Source: an uncultured Acidobacteriota bacterium (GTDB taxonomy: Bacteria; Acidobacteriota; UBA6911). Taken from it: a stretch of 64,000 nt of DNA. Shown one piece after another: positions 61,804-64,000 of this stretch (position 1 is its first letter; the number at the start of each line of letters is the position of its first letter). The notes beneath the pieces are model-generated. The model did no database searches, was not told the DNA's origin, and saw only the letters and a program-made list of their open reading frames with translations. The stretch spans positions 261,285-325,284 of the forward strand of contig CAWEJX010000012.1 in NCBI GenBank assembly GCA_963809485.1. Direction: 5' to 3'. Position numbers and translations under genes: made by a program.

Positions 61804-62334
61804 TTAGAGCTCGCGCTGGTTGGAAAATACCCCGGAGTAGGTGGCTTTCCCTTCGCACTGTTCGAAAATAACCTGAGCGATCCTTACGCCCGAGCGCAGT
61901 TTTATGGCATTCCGGCTCGCGTTGAATATCTCGAAAACCTGCCGGGTATCCCGAATGCCTGGCTGAAGGAAACTGGCTGTAATGTGCACCATCAGGCCCA
62001 TTCGGGCGAAGCGGCTGCGTCCCTCAAGGGATCCGGCGATGCCGGGGGGCAGGGTTAGTTTTTCTTCCGTCATACCCAGGACAAGCTCTCCGGGCTTGAG
62101 CAGGTAATAGCTTCCGGCGGGGATATCGACGATGCGCGTTATTTTCAACAGCGCGTTGGCGTCTGCGGCCATATCCAGTAAATCGATTTCGTTCAGTCCT
62201 TCAACAAACACGCGGATCTGGTGATAGAGCGTCATGTCGTATGAGGCGGCGTCCAGAGCAGCCTCGTCGAAAGGATCGATGACAATTTCGCGCTTTCGCA
62301 CGGCGTCCAGGATTTTATCGCGAGTCAGAATCAT
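61804..62334 (-). CDS. dcd: dCTP deaminase
   Basis: MILT, ASYD, LEGRSRFARMGL, RIAQVIF. Confidence 0.85.
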   Translation of the reverse strand: MILTRDKILDAVRKREIVIDPFDEAALDAASYDMTLYHQIRVFVEGLNEIDLLDMAADANALLKITRIVDIPAGSYYLLKPGELVLGMTEEKLTLPPGIAGSLEGRSRFARMGLMVHITASFLQPGIRDTRQVFEIFNASRNAIKLRSGVRIAQVIFEQCEGKATYSGVFSNQREL

Positions 62335-62356
62335 GAAAGACCTTCCAGTCTGCGGC

Positions 62357-62539
62357 TCATTCTTCGGTGTTCAGGTTCGCCAGTTCTTTCCGTATATATT
62401 CCCACATATGACCGTGCAGATTTATTTTCATGCGGCAGAGGGGACATACGAGGTCGGCGCCTTCCGTCAGGTTTTCCACCGGGAAAGAATTTTTCCGGCC
62501 GCAAACAGGACAGGTGATAGCCAATTGCTTCTGCTCCAT
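62357..62539 (-). CDS. Small zinc-ribbon protein
   Basis: 60 aa, CPVC...CPLC; RBS GGGAG. Confidence 0.7.
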   Translation of the reverse strand: MEQKQLAITCPVCGRKNSFPVENLTEGADLVCPLCRMKINLHGHMWEYIRKELANLNTEE

Positions 62540-62600
62540 TTTGGAATCTCCCTGGAAACTGCGTGGGCAAGCCCGGGCGGGCATCCACCCCTTCGACTGC

Positions 62601-62660
62601 AGGTTAAAGGTTTCAGGTTTTAAAGTGTGAAACCTGAAACCTGCAGCCTGTAACCTGAAA
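62601..62660. repeat. Inverted heptamer array (AGGTTTC / TGAAACC)
   Basis: AGGTTAA AGGTTTC AGGTTTT ... TGAAACC TGAAACC TGCAGCC TGTAACC. Confidence 0.7.
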
Positions 62661-62710
62661 GCAAATGCTAAGATACGCGCTTTAACAGGAAATACCGACA
62701 ATAATCCGGG

Positions 62711-63124
62711 TCAGTGCTTTCCGGGAGCCAGCGCGACGCCGCGGCGTTCGTAAACGATGTACGACTCCAGGGCCACCATTTGGGGATCGTCCAGGGCAAG
62801 GGGTTTCCCTTCGAGCGGCTGCTGAATGCACCAGTTGATCATATCGCGCAGAGCGATCACCCGGCCGAGCTGCTGCTGGAACTTCGGATAGGTTTCCGGG
62901 TGGGTATTGGCCGCATTCGGGTGGCACTGGGCACAAGCCACGCCGTTGGTGCCGAGTTCAGGGCTGGTCCAGAGCTGGCGTCCCTTCTGCACGACGCTCA
63001 TATATTCCTTTTCCCAGCGCTCCATGTCCTTCTTGGTGAATTCGTCGGCGCGTGCCAGGAGAGCTATCACAACTCCAAAAACAATCAACGCCGCGATCGT
63101 TGTGGTCAGAATCTTTGTCTTCAT
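62711..63124 (-). CDS. Monoheme c-type cytochrome, TsdA/SoxA-domain-like
   Basis: Signal peptide, CAQCH, YPKF...GRVIALRDMINWCI...EGKPL. Confidence 0.8.
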   Translation of the reverse strand: MKTKILTTTIAALIVFGVVIALLARADEFTKKDMERWEKEYMSVVQKGRQLWTSPELGTNGVACAQCHPNAANTHPETYPKFQQQLGRVIALRDMINWCIQQPLEGKPLALDDPQMVALESYIVYERRGVALAPGKH

Positions 63125-63134
63125 GGCTCGCTCC

Positions 63135-64000
63135 TTAAAAATGGATTTGCGGCGGTATCCGCTTGGCCGGGCTCTGGTAATCCCTGTCTTCCGGCCGGCC
63201 GGTTGCCGGATTAAACGTCACAACCCGGTTCGTGTTGCTGTAAAGATTGTATTCCATCGATACGCGGCCGGTTTTCATGTCGATAAACTGCCAACCGGTT
63301 GCGTCCCGTTCGAAAAACGGATCCGCCCGGTTCATCGGCACGGTGATTTTTGGAAGATTTTGTTTGGCCTGGGCGTAGCTTTGTGGGTACGGCCAGGGCC
63401 ATGCGGTGGCCATAACCGCGTGAAACGAGATATTTCCGATCTGGTTGTACTGGATCTGGTGCACATGCCCGTAAATGACTGTGGCCTTCTGGAAAGGCTT
63501 CAGCATCGCCTGGATCTGCTCGGCGTCGTCTGTCCAGAAGTTCCAGTCCTTGTAGATCTTCTGTATCGGCGAGTGCGAAAACAGTACGACAGGGGTAGCC
63601 TTGTCGACCTTATCCAGGTCTTTCCGGAGCCACTCCCTCTGGGCTTCCCCGACCATAAACGGAGAGCCGTTCGGATTGTCGAGGCCGGCCATCTCCAGCA
63701 TACGCTGCTGAGCGGTCGGCCAGCGTTTGTGAGTCCATTCGTCCGTGGTCAATACGCTATTCAAAACGATAAAGTGAACACCCTTGTGATCGAAACTGTG
63801 GTAGTGCGGTCCGAAAAGCTTCGACCAATATTCGCCGAGGTCCAGGTAGTAATCGTGCTCGCCCATGACGTGATAGGTTTTATATTTCAGGCGGGACAGC
63901 ATCTCCGCCCCATGATCCAGCTCTTCCCTGGTCCCCAGCTGAGCCAAATCCCCGCCGAAGATGACGAAATCCGGTGTGGGGGTCAGCATGTTGGCTTCAG
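63135..64000 (-). CDS. Calcineurin-like metallophosphoesterase (5' end outside window)
   Basis: GGDL, GEHD, FSHSP, GHVH. Confidence 0.88.
   Translation of the reverse strand, partial: EANMLTPTPDFVIFGGDLAQLGTREELDHGAEMLSRLKYKTYHVMGEHDYYLDLGEYWSKLFGPHYHSFDHKGVHFIVLNSVLTTDEWTHKRWPTAQQRMLEMAGLDNPNGSPFMVGEAQREWLRKDLDKVDKATPVVLFSHSPIQKIYKDWNFWTDDAEQIQAMLKPFQKATVIYGHVHQIQYNQIGNISFHAVMATAWPWPYPQSYAQAKQNLPKITVPMNRADPFFERDATGWQFIDMKTGRVSMEYNLYSNTNRVVTFNPATGRPEDRDYQSPAKRIPPQIHF

Overview
GC-rich bacterial DNA, most likely Acidobacteriota (Acidobacteria-type TonB-dependent receptors with an N-terminal carboxypeptidase-regulatory-like domain), with anaerobe-type genes. 0-14.6 kb: an IclR regulator and a duplicated, partly deleted locus of TonB-dependent receptors (two near-identical full copies and one 5' stub), each with a conserved ~290-nt leader, followed by Tat-signal double-cupin proteins. 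15-45 kb: mostly intact metabolic, transport and signalling genes (M1 and M16 peptidases, MFS transporters, FAD oxidoreductase, FHA-GAF-PP2C phosphatase, GH3, ydhYVW-like aldehyde:ferredoxin oxidoreductase). 45-60 kb: many genes broken by 1-nt indels that are probably consensus errors (Ser/Thr kinase-ATPase, aryl sulfotransferase, DUF4143 ATPase, FN3-repeat surface protein, arcE-like/arcC), plus deletion remnants, a mazEF-type module and an attC-like site. The most striking non-coding signal is a four-box TCAGCG array spaced about one helical turn apart at 8 loci. At four of these loci it is joined to IS200-type terminal hairpins, and two are complete ~220-bp transposase-free elements. No rRNA, tRNA, CRISPR array or transposase was seen. 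All family assignments come from motif recognition, not database searches.
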